Positions 15,101-29,200 of a DNA stretch of 56,011 nt are shown in pieces. Location: assembly GCA_001938485.1 (NCBI GenBank), contig MQRK01223771.1, positions 33,231-89,241 on the forward strand. Direction: 5' to 3'. Position numbers and translations under genes: made by a program. Origin of the DNA: Girardia tigrina (Eukaryota). Within the stretch, counting starts at the first letter, position 1. Every line of letters starts with the position of its first letter. A model generated the notes under the pieces. That model was not told the origin of the DNA. It worked only from the letters and a program-made list of their open reading frames with translations, and searched no databases.

Positions 15101-18100
15101 TTTCGGCGTTTTAATCAGGGAGATACCAGTCTTGAAGATCAGGAAGGTTCAGGTGTACCATATTCAGAAAGAGAATCAAAATGTGCATCAAACACCTAAT
15201 ATCAATTTTTGACACTTGTTTTCTTTGAAATGTGCGGCATAATGTGCACTATCGATTAGCACTTAAAAAATATCGATTAGCACATCTGGGCACTGTGCAG
15301 TGATCGATTAGCACTTTTTTCTATGGTCCTTAGTGATGGGGTCGTGGTTGTTATGGATACGGGAACCATTACCATGGTTATAACCACCTTGAATCACTGT
15401 ATTCGTTGCCAATAAGAAACGTCCCTTGGCTACCGTTGCTATGGTAACGAAGGCCATGGTTACCGTCACCAAGTGAACTAAAACAGTTGCTATGGTAACC
15501 GGAACCGTTGCTAGGGAACCAAGCAACCAATCAGAAGTGTTTCAAGTAACCTGGGACCAATCGGAACCGTTGCTAAGGTGACTGGAACCAATGAGAAGCG
15601 TTTCCAAGTGAACCGGAACGGTTGCTATGGTAACCGCGACCGTTGCTAGGGAACCGCCGACCAATCAGAAGTGTTTTTGGGTGATCGCGACCGTTGCTAG
15701 GGAATCAAGGAACCAATAAGAAGCGTTGCCAAGTGAACCAGAATCGTTGCCATGGTAACCGTGGCCGTTGCAATGGTGATCGTGACCATTTCCATGGTAA
15801 CCGCGACCGTTGCTATGGCAACGGCCTCCCCCACGGGGGGGGTCATGTGGGGAGAACATACATTTTTCCCCTACTGTGTCATCAAAATTTGTAAAAATAT
15901 AATAGTCGCATAAAAATATAAATAATTTTTGACTCAACCTGGTAAAGTAAGGTTCGACAAATTTAGGTCTGGCGAGTGTTTCAATTAGCTTACTGGAATT
16001 TTAAGATAATCAAGTTTGTATTTTAATAGAAGCATAACATTCGAATTTATTGAACGTATTAAATATTAAAATGAATTCTTATTTGAAACTGTAAATTTAT
16101 AACTTTACCATTTGACTTTTCAATCAATGATGCCTCATATGGTGTACAGATTAATTGATTGAACTAAAAGTTTCTGCTTTGCCTTTTTACTATATTTACT
16201 CTATAATTAATTTAGTTGAATGTTATCAGCTATTGCTACCAATACACTTTTGCAGCCCTTTAAGCTTATGCAAATTGAAAAGTAGCAATGTTGCGTACCA
16301 AATATCACGGTGAAAAGTTATTTTCAAAAGAGCAACTTTGTAAGAGCAAATTGCGTTTTAAGCTTCCATGTGCTCAACTCAGTGATATTTTTCAATTGAG
16401 TCAATCAAAATTAAAACCTGATATAAAATATCTTCCTAAATGTATTACGTAAGTTGTTTGAACGCATTGGTTTGGCAGTTATTTTAAATTTAATATCACC
16501 ATCAAAATGGCTTAGTTTTTTTAATCGATTAATTTTTTTGCCTAGTTGATTATCATAATTTGTGTATGTAGTCTAACTTTTAAATGTACCTATTTCTGAA
16601 CTAAAACATCAAGGAATTAATATTTTAACACAGGGAATTTTGATATTAACTCACTGCTTAGGGAAAAGAAACACATTTATTCATCACATCGATGATTTTT
16701 TATGAATTTGTTCATGATTTTCTTAAATTTAAAATAACTGCCAAACCAATGCGTTCAAACAACTTACGTAATTTAATTGATCAACAATACAATATAACAT
16801 ATTTTAATAAAATCACTTCGTATCAATGCTATTAAATTCCTTTAAAATTCGTTCAATTTTAATTACCCTAAATTACTGTGGATAACCCGTGGGTAATACG
16901 GTGGATAAAGACGATTTTTCGAAAAACCTATGGGTGCGGGTTATACATTACTTATTATTTTCATAATGAACTTAATGATCGAAAATTGAGATGTGGGTTA
17001 TACACGGGTTTGGGTTATCCGCAGTAAATTGGGGTATTTATAGTTTGATAATTATTTTTCTGAGATAAAACATATCAAACCTCATATAACACATTCAACT
17101 CCCAAACACCCTCACACTCACATAAAATTAAAAACAAAGAATGACAGTGATTTAAAATTAAGCTCAAACATTATTAGCAACATCACAATTTGCGTGGAAA
17201 CATTTATTAACAACACAAACAGACTCATTTTCAGTAGCACAATCTGCGAAAAGTATCGTTATTGATTAATATGTTTTGTGTATCTATATTCAAATCTTTG
17301 ATTAAATTAATGAGATAAAAATAATATTAACTTTAATTTCTCAAAATTTTATTGGATAAAAATGCATTAAGTAAATTTTAAAATAAACATTAGTTTTTAA
17401 ATTATTAAATTTAAGAAGTTAAAATCGTTTTACTAAAAAATATTATTAAAATTTCTAATTACAACAATTTTAGCTAATTAGTATGTAAACATTAATTTCA
17501 TTAGATTTAAATAGATAATCAATAAAATATCAATCCTATCTTGGTAGGAGAGTCCGCATTCTAAACAGCATACACACAACAAACTTACAACATTCAGTAT
17601 TTTCCCTCACAAAGATATTTAACAAAATATTTAAAGAAAGTGAAAAATATACGTGGTTGAAGCATTAAGTCCCCGGACTAAGTATACAAGGAAAATCACA
17701 GGCATTTCATATATTCTACAAGTAAACATGTAAAGGTTTACTTCTCAATGTAAGAACCATTATTGGCCACGCACTTCTCCCAACGTACCCACTAATTCCG
17801 AAAAGGCATCTTTGTAGAAGTTTGTCACATTCAGCAAAGAAATTCATAACTGCATCTCTCACTTTTTCATGAGATTTAATGTTTTTACCACGAATCGCCT
17901 TCTTTAGGTGTCGAATAACCAAATGAAGGTCAGAACTGTATGGAGGATGAGGGACAACGTTGAAACCTGCATCATCAATAGCAGCTGTGGAAAGGGCACT
18001 TTTGTGAATTGGTGTGTTGTCTTGCAACAGCCACAGTGGTGAGCCTCTAGGCTTCCTACGCAGTGGTCTGGTCTCAGCAACGAATGAGACATAGTAGGCG

Positions 18101-20213
18101 CTATTCAGTTTCACTGTTTTGTCTGCGAAATCCAATTTTATGACACCATCACCGTCCCAAAATACAGTCAGCATAAGACATTGCCCGCGGCTTGTCCCGG
18201 ACCTCATTTTCAGTGATTTTTTTTATTTGGAAGACACCATTCTGAAGATTCTCTTTTGCTTTCGGGTACATAGAGGCTTAGCGGTGTCTCTTCTACAGTG
18301 ACAATGTTGGATAGATATCGTTGTCCATGTTCTTGCCACAAATCCAGGTTTTGTTCAGAACACTGCAAACGTGCCTCGTACATCTCTCCCGACAGAAATC
18401 GTGGCACAAAGCGAGATGTCAGCTTCCTTCTTTCAAGGGATATCAACACATCACGTACTTTCCCTTCACTAATGTTCAGACTAGCTTCAAGCACCTTTAC
18501 AGTGATTTTTCTCTTTGTTTTGATGATTTCCGCGGAACGTTTTTCTAATTTGTCTTGATCGATTTCCACTGGTCGTCCTGGTCATTGATATAGAATCGAT
18601 AATAGAATCAGGGGAAGTCCTTTAAAATTACAAAAAAACAGTTTAAACATTTGTAGATAATCGTAAAGTAATTAAAATAATTATAAAGATAAAGATAATC
18701 ACAATAATTTCTAAATCTCGCGTCGTGTTTTAAACGAATCACTTTAATCATCGGAACTTCACACAGACAGAAATCATAATTCTATTATAGTATTAATTCT
18801 AATCTCTGACAAATATAGAAAATAATCCATATCAATTCAAAATCTAACGAACAGTTAAAGAAAATCGTACATAACCGCATATAACATCAATCTAAATCAT
18901 CTCGGAATCTAGACCTTATAATCGCATTCTTCGATCTAAAAAAAGCAAGACAACAATCCATACCAAAACGAATCATCTACTAAAAAGTAACTTATCTATT
19001 CAAATCCCTCTCGTATTCTATTTTGTGATAAACAACGGCATATACTTTTTATCACTTCTTTCGTTAAAGTTAATAGTTAACATTAATACATTTATTTCAA
19101 ATTAGTGTTATCATTATTATTTCTTTATTAATTAAAAGCGAGTTCACTGAATCATTTCTTTTTCATTTAGCTCGCTTGTATAATGTATAGCTTGTAAATT
19201 ATGTTTACGAATGTACAAATACATCTAAAAGCAATAGGCTATAATTTATATATAATTTATAATTTTTCAAAAATAATGTAACGATATAATTATGAAATTA
19301 TTATCAACATAGGCTGTCGTAAAAAGGCGTTTTCTCTGAATCATCGTATAGCCTGGTTTTCTCTTATATGGACTGAGGAATTTCTTCGACACCACTTGCC
19401 GACATTTCATGAGGAGAGGTTGAAAGGCGCTGTTGAAAATATATGTATGGACCAGCGATCTATTCTGGAGAAAGGAGGGGATTATCTATAGTGTTTGTAT
19501 TAAAACATGTATTAAAAAAACGCCGTCTTTTACGACTCAGCCTATAATATTTCAAATTTATTAATTTAATTCTCCTTCTTTAAACAATCTTTTTTTCTGG
19601 ATTATTATCTTTTATCCAATATTTAGAAGAAAGAAAAACTATTAAAAGAACTCACGAGTTTTCTCGTGTGTCCATGTAAAACATTGTATATTTTATTTAT
19701 CATCTTAATTATAAAAGATAAAGAAAAATGTATAGCTTGTAAATTATGTTTACGAATGTACAAATACATCTAAAATCAATAGGCTATAATTTATATATAA
19801 TTTATAATTTTTCAAAAATAATGTAACGATTAAAAATAAATTTTTATTGTAGGTCTTTCAATTATAAACGCAAACATTCATTAATTTTAAAGTTTGAAAA
19901 CTACAGACAATTAAATGAAAATTTTCACAAAAGTTCTTTAGAACAAAATTTTCCGAACGGTTTCTGTTCGTATGAACAATTTATACGAAATATGTATTAT
20001 ATTTAAAAAAAGATTTGAAAGAGAAATAGAGAAATATGAGACTGTCGTTCAAGAAACACTGCTGCATATAAGTTTCTTAAGATTAAAGAGAAGATTGTTT
20101 CTATTTTTTTAATATAAAATATTAAATTATTTTATTCATACTATTAATTATATATAAATTAAAATTATATTTTATAACTTTAAGTTAATTTTTTTTAAAA
20201 TAATAGATAACAG

Positions 20214-20250
<37 letters not shown>

Positions 20251-23200
20251 AAATTTTTTTCTACTTTAATCAACATTAATATTTCCCTTTACGATTAAAA
20301 TATTAAATTAAAAATATAATTAACTCGAATTCAAAACGAATTAAAAAAAATCAAACGGAAATAAATCAGTGCTGAATATCCTTCTTCTAAATGATTCGGA
20401 GTTCAATGATCTAGAGCAGTGGTCTTCAAACTGTGTTCCGCGGAACCCTAGGGTTCCATGAAATCCCTCAAGGGTTCCACAAAAAAAATCAGTAATTCAA
20501 AAGAAATTGCTTCATTTCTCATAAAAAAATAAATAAAAATCTCAAGAATTTCATAAAAAAACTTATATAAAATCTATATCTATTATTTATTTAATTACAG
20601 AACAATCATAATTATTACGTAAATATTTTTGNNNNNNNNNNNNNNNNNNNNNNNNNNNNNNNNNNNNNNNNNNNNNNNNNNCTATAGGAATATACAGCTA
20701 GGCATAAGATTTCAAATAATATCTAACACTAATGCATTTAAACTTATATACATGTCAAAGTAGATAAACAAAGTATAAAGCTCAAAAACCGCCATTATTT
20801 GTCGACCAACCTAATATACAATACCTACTGTAAAGATTTGCCTATATGCTAGTTTTTTTTGCGTACCAAGTGACTTGCATAGAGACAATCCCACTGTATT
20901 TAACTTTCAAGACACAAATACATAAAAAACCGAATTTTAAAATTTTAAAAAAATTTAAACAATATATTTTAATTAAAATATTGTACATTTACTTATTTTA
21001 GGATATACCAATTTAAATACTTTTCTTTTTAAAAATAGTTATAATTGATTTTTAATTTTTAATTAAAAAATTCAACCTTATGAAATTATTATTAGTTCAT
21101 TATTATTATGTTAAGTATGTTTGAGTGATGAATTATTACAATTACAAAAAAATGCCCATCTCCATCTGGGTGGGAGAATCACCATTCTAGGTTTAACATA
21201 TTCTACTCAACATACTGCATTTACATACAATTTAAATTATCTCTCACAATGATAATTATCTTTAAATATTACCATGTTGTTTGGTATCAAAACTAGTTTG
21301 CATTTCCAATTTAGAGGTATATTCTTAATGTCTTTTAATTTATCTTATTAATTAATAGTTTTCTATTTTCACCCACAATTTATTTTTATTGATGATGCGC
21401 CAACCATAATTTCATTTTTTCAAAGTTGATCACAAACATTTATCCAGAGTTTGAAGAATTTATGTCAAACGAATAAATTACAAATCTTGAAAAATCTTAA
21501 TTCTTTTTCTTTAGACATTTCATAAGTTGGACGTCATTTTCGGTAACCATTTTGAGTTTGTATTCTGTTTTTAGGTTAAACCAAACAAGAAGAAAACATA
21601 CCCTGCAACCATGGTGTGGTACTTCGGTCAAACGACCGAAAAAAACAATTTTCTTTTGTTTATGTGAACTGAATGAAAATAATTTTGGTGTCACAATTTT
21701 AAATTTTGTAATATTTCAAAAAAAATAAATATCGTTTTGCGTCAATATTCAACAAGGCTATTGCTCTAGCCCAGTGGTCTTCAAACTGTGTTCCGCGGAA
21801 CCCTAGGGTTCCATGAAATCCCTCAAGGGTTCCACAAAAAAAATCAGTAATTCAAAAGAAATTGCTTCATTTCTCATAAAAAACATAAATAAAAATNTCA
21901 AGAATTTCATAAAAAAAACTTATATAAAATCCATATCTATTATTTATTTAATTACAGAACAATCATAATTATTACGTAAATATTTTTGCGTACAGAATAC
22001 TTAACATAATCAAAGTAGTATTAGTTTTTTTAAATTTTTTAAGAATTTTTTTTGAAAAATATTTTCACTAATCATAGTGATCCATAGCATGTAAATAAAA
22101 ACGTAACCATAACAACGAAATAATTAGTTTTCACGTTCTTAGTTTCAGAGTAAACATTTTTTTAATTCCATTTTCCATTTAAACTTCGCAACAACTTAAC
22201 TTCGAGATATAAAAATATCAATATATTGATAAAAAAAGTTATATTGAGTTTTAATTTTAAAGAATTGTTTAATGTTTTTGTGTTTAATTATAGTGAATAT
22301 TTGTTTTGTCTTGCGACATAATTATTACTTTTCTATCAGGCTAGCTAGCTTACTATCTTCTTTTTAAGTGATTAAAAGGTGAGATGCTTTCAATATATTT
22401 TAAATTTTTTTAACACTAAACTTAAATCGACAGGAATATACAATGGAAAATTGGCTTAAAACTGGAAAATTAGTAAATTCTAAAGAAAATTGTTCAAAAG
22501 CACCTGCAGCTTCAAATGAAATAACGACAGAATGGAACAATTTTGAAAACATTACTTCCAAATTAGGAGAAAAAAGTCGCAAAAAAAGAAAATATGATGA
22601 ATATTATTTAAATTATGGTTTTACATGGACCGGTGATGAAAATGAGCCAAATGGGCTTTGTGTAGAAAGCGAGCAAGTGGTATGTAACAGCAGTTTAAAT
22701 CCCGCGAAATTAAAACGCCACTTGGAAACCGTTCATCCGACATTAAAAAGCAAAGGTGTTGATTACTTCAAGAGAAAGTGTAATGAGTTGAAAGAAAAAA
22801 AGACTTCTTTCATAAATTTTGTGCGTGATGATAATAAAAATACTCTGACCGCATCTTACCTAGTCAGCTTGCAAATTGCTCAACAAGGTGAAGCTTTTAC
22901 CATTGCTGAAAAGTTAGTAAAACCTTGTGCAAAACATTTAATAACATGCATGCTTGGCAAGAAATATGCAAACAAAATTGATTCTGTCCCATTATCCGAT
23001 ACCACGGTTTCAAGAAGAATTCCAGAAATGGCAAACTATTGTGAAATGGAACTAGTAAAACGTTTGCAAACTGTTAAACAAGGATTTACTCTCCAATTAG
23101 ACGAATCCACCGATGTCTCTGTCTTAGCTATCTTGTTAGTTTTCGTAAGATATATTCATGAAATGAACTTTTCAGAAGATTTGCTGTTTTGCAAAGCTCT

Positions 23201-26200
23201 TGCTACAAATACAGCAGGAGAAGAAATATTCAACAAGCTTGATGAATATTTTGAANNNNNNNNNNNNNNNNNNNNNNNNNNNNNNNNNNNNNNNNNNNNN
23301 NNNNNNNNNNNNNNNNNNNNNNNNNNNNNNNNNNNNNNNNNNNNNNNNNNNNNNNNNNNNNNNNNNNNNNNNNNNNNNNNNNNNNNNNNNNNNNNNNNNN
23401 NNNNNNNNNNNNNNNNNNNNATGCCAAAGGAACTTAACGAAGTCCTTAAAGAGGTTGTTAAGTTAGTTAATTTTATAAAAGCCAGGCCACTAAATTCCAG
23501 AATATTTACCTTACTATGCGAAGACATGGGAAGCATACATACAAAGCTATTACTTCATACAGAAGTTAGGTGGTTATCTTGAGGAAAGGTTTTAGCAAAA
23601 TTCTGTGAATTACAGGATGAAATTCGAATCTTTTTATCCGAACATCCCAATGAATTGGCTGATAAATTAAATGATATTAGTTGGCTTCAATATCTAGCAN
23701 NNNNNNNNNNNNNNNNNNNNNNNNNNNNNNNNNNNNNNNNNNNNNNNNNNNNNNNNNNNNNNNNNNNNNNNNNNNNNNNNNNNNNNNNNNNNNNNNNNNN
23801 NNNNNNNNNNNNNNNNNNNNNNNNNNNNNNNNNNNNNNNNNNNNNNNNNNNNNNNNNNNNNNNNNNNNNNNNNTTTCCTCCTCAAACAGACAATTTTAGT
23901 TGGGTGCAAAATCCGTTTGTTGAATCTAGTGATGCAAAAACATTATCACTTAAAGAAAGAGAGCAACTGATAGACATATCTACAGATACAACATTAGAAA
24001 CCACATATCGCCAGGTTGAAATTGTTACATTTTGGGTTAAATTATTGAATGAATATCCGGAAATTTCCAAACGAGCCGTAAAAGTATTAATGCCTTTCGT
24101 AACAACATATCTTTGCGAGAGATCATTCTCCCTTTACATTGCTACAAAGACAAAATACAGAAACAAACTTGATGCAGAAAATGTCATGCGCCTACGGTTA
24201 ACACCAATTTCTCCAAATATTGTCAAATTATATGGTGAAAAACAAGCTCACCCAAGTCATTAATTTAATTTTTTTAATTTTATTGTGTAAATAGATGTGA
24301 CATTGATTTTTATTATTTTTGAATAATTTTGAATTTATATTTAAAAAAGCTAACTATGCATAAAGAAATTTATTTCACATGAGGGTTACGCGAGCTTTTG
24401 AAGTTTGAAGACCACTGATCTAGAGGATATTAAAAAAGGAGTCATGAAATTCTTTGAATTAAAACTGCATGAATGGTGTAGTGAAGGTCAACTTGATTTT
24501 ATTTTATCAAAATTTTCATTTCCTTCGAACTATTCGAACGCGGTTTTCTCTGTGATTGACAGGACATAACGTGGAAATATGTACATGCTTTTATAATTGT
24601 TATCGAGAATAAGTGTGCACAGTCTAAATAAAACTGATTGATTAAAAAACCTTCAAAAATAGGTTTCTAAATTACATATACCTATATACCCAGATAGTAT
24701 ACGTAGGTTAAACGTAGGCTTTTCTGGAACATATGAATGGTTCTTCGTCGAGTCACAGGCTGAAATTCGTCGTTCTAGTCTCTTTTTTTATTTTCTGAAA
24801 AATTCGATATCCAGGACCTCATTAATTCCAATCGGGACTTGTACCAAAAAAGGTGATGGTCCATCACAATTATTGATAATGTGAAAATTTGACAAAAAAA
24901 CTTTTTAAGGTCTCAGAAATGGGAAAAAACGGTCCCATCGGAGTTCCTGAACAATATTAATTGAAAAAGATCTACTTATAAATTATAAGTAGGTTATATT
25001 AATTTTTTTGTTTTTTTATGAAATTATTTTTTTAATTAAAACTTTGTTGGTAAAGTAGTGTTCTGTGTGCATAAAGAATGGATATAAAAAATTTAATTTT
25101 TTGATTTACGAGTTTAATGATAATAATTGTTATAATAATTCGAGGATCATTCTTGATCCCAGCTATGTAATTTCTATAAGTGAACAAAATTTACACTATT
25201 AGGAGGTACTGAAAATGATTAAAAAAGTTATAAATAGCAAAATTACAACTAAAAAATTTATTAAAATCCAAATTACTGAAATTCCTAATAACACGATTTC
25301 AGTTATTTTTCATTCTAAATCAAAATTTTAATTGATTTATTTTTATTTTTACTATAAAATGAAACCTGTTAACTAAACTAGATCAGTCTAACTCAATGTA
25401 TATCACGGAATTGAGTTAGGCTAGTTTAACGACAGTGAAAATAAAATAATTAGCCTCAACAAATAACCAAAGAACAAGAAAAAAAACTCTTTAATTCATA
25501 AAAAACCTGCATAAAATACAATCAGCGGTAATTAAGTCCATAGTTAAAATTTTTTATTGTCATTATATTTGTGATCGAATTTTTGTATTGATCCAATTTT
25601 TTTATTATTATTATCACTCAAACGCCTACACAGCCGATTGACGATTCAATACACAAACTAAAGGAAAAACAATTGAATCTCCCATTTTATAACAAATCCG
25701 TTTTACTGTTTTGGATTAACGAAATGATATCGGAAATAACACTCGCTGTGACATATATCGTTTCACCGTTATATTCGAAATCGTCGAGTCGATGATTTTG
25801 CGATGGAATTGAACAATCTTTTGAAAGTGAAAAATAAAACCAAATACATAAATATAAAAAACACTTGAGATCAAAACTTAAATAAAAAGACTGAAATAAA
25901 AAACAAGGTCCAACACACTCACGCTGCAAAAAGAAATGACAAGAGATAAAGGACAAAACACACACACATGCATAAATAACAAACACCATCCGTTTACAAC
26001 GGTGAGGTATCACACTTCATTCTAAATCAATATTTTAATTGATCAAAAAATACAAAGTCATTCTTACTAAGCACCATTCTTGCCAAATAATTTTATAGTT
26101 ACATATCTCAGTTAACACATTCGTTGCTACTGACAAAAATACTTGTCCTTCCCTGTTCAAGCGTTAGCTGCCGGTGACACATAAACGTGTCATAATCACG

Positions 26201-29200
26201 TCTTCCATTGGTTTTTTTATTTATATTGTCTATTAAGAATGAATTTCAAGGTTTTTTTTTAATTCTGAAAAAAAGTTTCCTACCCGAGAAGTAAATTTTA
26301 TGATTTATAGTGCGACCATGATAGTGTTAATACAGTCTCAGTTCGTTAAGACGCCCGTCGTAAAACTGCCACCCTCGCTAACCGTCTAGAAATTCTTGGA
26401 ACTGTTTTAAATACTATTGAAAACCACTTTGAACTGCCATACCATCGAAGTCCGCCAACCGCCACTTCAAAATAAGATCACTAATATATGGATCCCTCTT
26501 TAAACCGCCAAAGTGAGTGTAGGATGAGTTTTTGTAAGATCGCCTTTGAGAAAAAAAATGTGGAGATGAAGGAAGTTAGACTTGGATATTAATGTTGTAA
26601 AAAGAATTACTGATGCCTTGAAAAATGTGAATCAAATTTTAATCGTATTAATTTAAAATATTGAGAAAATTAGGTACAGTTCATGTTTATGGAATTAAGT
26701 TTAACTAGAATTTTTCGTAACTATTTCAGAACTTTAGGGACAATTAATTATTAGGGACTAGTATTATTGAGAATCAGTAAATAACTTTTTGGCTTAATTT
26801 TTAAATGGATTATCATTTATTATTATTATAATTTATTTACATAAATTTGTTTAACACTGAATACAGGATTTTTAGCTGAACTCTTTACATTTTAATTAAA
26901 TCCAAAGTGAAATGCTTATGAAAATATAAACAAATATAAATAATATAAAAAATATAAATAAATAAACTTTTATGATCATTGTAAGTGTTAAGATTGTCTT
27001 TATTGTTTATGTTTTTGGTGTTCCAAAAAAGTATGCTTCAAGATATTAAGAAACGAAATTTTAAATTTAATTTATTGATCTATTACAAACAGTCTTTTAT
27101 TAAAAGAATTAAGCTTTTTACAAGGGTTTTATGTACGTGTATATGTGCGTAAATCACGCTTTAATTTGCAAAGTGAATCATCCAATCAAATTTGAGTATC
27201 TGACACACATTTGTATTTATTTAATTCAATATTAGGAAAGCAATTTAAAATAATAAAAATATGAATAAATAATAATTATGGAAAAATTAAACATACTCAG
27301 AACATAAATTCTTTGAGATTAAAATTAGTGTTATGATAAATAAATAAATAATTTATGAAATAGAATTAACTTATTGTAAAATTATTTTAATTAGGTTTTA
27401 TTAGAAAATTTTTTCTTTCAAAGCCTCATTCTCAGAAAGAATATTAAATTTATAATGCTTCTTTAAACAACAAATTTTCTTTTCTTTTGTCAAATTGTTG
27501 ATTAAATCAATTATTAATTTGATTTATTAAAAAAATTAAACCAATAATTAAAATTATGACTATTACAATTTAAATGATAAATTAGTATAAAATATTATAT
27601 GGAATATTATTTTAGAGAATTTCAATTAATAAAAGTATCAAATAACTAAAATTAATTATTTTTCCGATAAATAGAAAATATTATTTTACAAAAAATGGAT
27701 GACTCTTTTATTTCGTCAGCGATTTTTATGGACAGAAATTCAATAAATGTCAATTTTATCAAAAACATCTAATTTGAACTATAATTACAATAAAATAATT
27801 ATTTTTTATTTTTTTGAAAAATTATCTAATAATTTATATTTTAAGAAACGTTTCAATTTCTTTTTTTCCGTACTTTTTAATGACTGAAAATTGAATTTCT
27901 TTCTGTAATAAAAGAAAAACAACAGAAAAAAAGAATGTCGCAAGAAATATATTTTCATAAAAGAAGAAAATTTTCTTTTGTTTATTTATTATCACATAAC
28001 CAAATATTTTGTTAGTAGATTTACTTAATATTATTTTACATTATTTATTATTTGAAAATAGTTATTAATTCTAATATATTTGAAATAAAAAAATAATGAT
28101 TTTAATTTAGAAATAAAAGTTGTAGTATAATTATTGTTAGGAACTCAAGAGCCACTTTGAAAATTTCTGAATATACAGATTATTTGAATCATTAATTTTT
28201 ATATACTCGGAAATTAAAGATCATTGGTCCACCCGACCCCCAGGTCGCCCCGAGGATCGGACGGAGGCAACAGATTTGCGCAGTGGCTCGACTCGAATTA
28301 GCTGGGCCCATTTTTTGTTAGTAATCTTTAATAGAGTACTTTCTTCGGGCGTTCTCATCACAATCAGCTTAGGATAATTCGCAGATGAATCGATTAATTT
28401 TATCCTCAGATCGAAATTGCTCCCAACTGACAAATCCCACCGGTTTATGAGCGTTCTTATTTTTATTCAAATAAATTCTGTATCGATCTATCGTGTCTCT
28501 ATTGAACAAATTTTTCACCAAAATATCATTGTTGCTTTCACTTTCCTTTTTCGAAAGTCTCTGTCGTCTCATTTTGACAATTTGTTCGAAATTCAATTTC
28601 GCTACATCATTATCTTCGAAATATTTTCGACGGAAATTTAAACCATTAATAAAAGTTGTCATATTTTAGCAGAGAATTTTAAATGATCAATTAAAAAAAA
28701 GAGTTCGATTTAAAGAAATTTATTTTGTCGCCACGTCAATACAAATTTCAATTTTTTAATTCGATAAAACAAATCAAAAAAAATAATCACATTTTATTCA
28801 CATTAATCAATATTTTCCGCTTTCCAAAACAAATCGAATTACAAAACTCTCAATTTTTTTACAAGTGAATATTAAAAATGTTTTTTTCACAAAAAATAAC
28901 AATTAAAATTTTTTTTTAAAAAACAGAGAAAGTTTTTACATTCATAGTTTTCATTTTTGATCGATTTGAAACAATATATTATTATATATACATATAATAA
29001 TGAATATTTAATTTAATTAAAAAAAATATAATAAATTTAAACGTTCGAATTCCGAACAGTCATTTGAAGTTATTATTCAAAGTTATAAGAAAAAAAGTTT
29101 GTGGAACGAAAATTCACAAAATTAATTTGAAATTCAATATTAATATTATAATTTTGTCCAGTTTAGGTCGATAAAAATTTACAAAAATAAGTTCCCAAAT

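Noticed and set aside
15405-15825. CRISPR-like appearance of the repeat array
   Set aside because: The units are 13-14 bp with short, related spacers of about 7 bp. There are no unique 30-40 bp spacers or cas genes, and the context is eukaryotic.
15308-15937. ORFs 15308-15526, 15665-15937 and 15694-15894 (VATV/GNG-repeat peptides)
   Set aside because: They are translations of the GC-rich palindromic array, open on both strands, with no supporting splice structure.
25687-26013. 108-aa hydrophobic minus-strand ORF
   Set aside because: Its F/C/L richness follows from A-rich low-complexity sequence on the + strand. No recognisable domain or splice chain.
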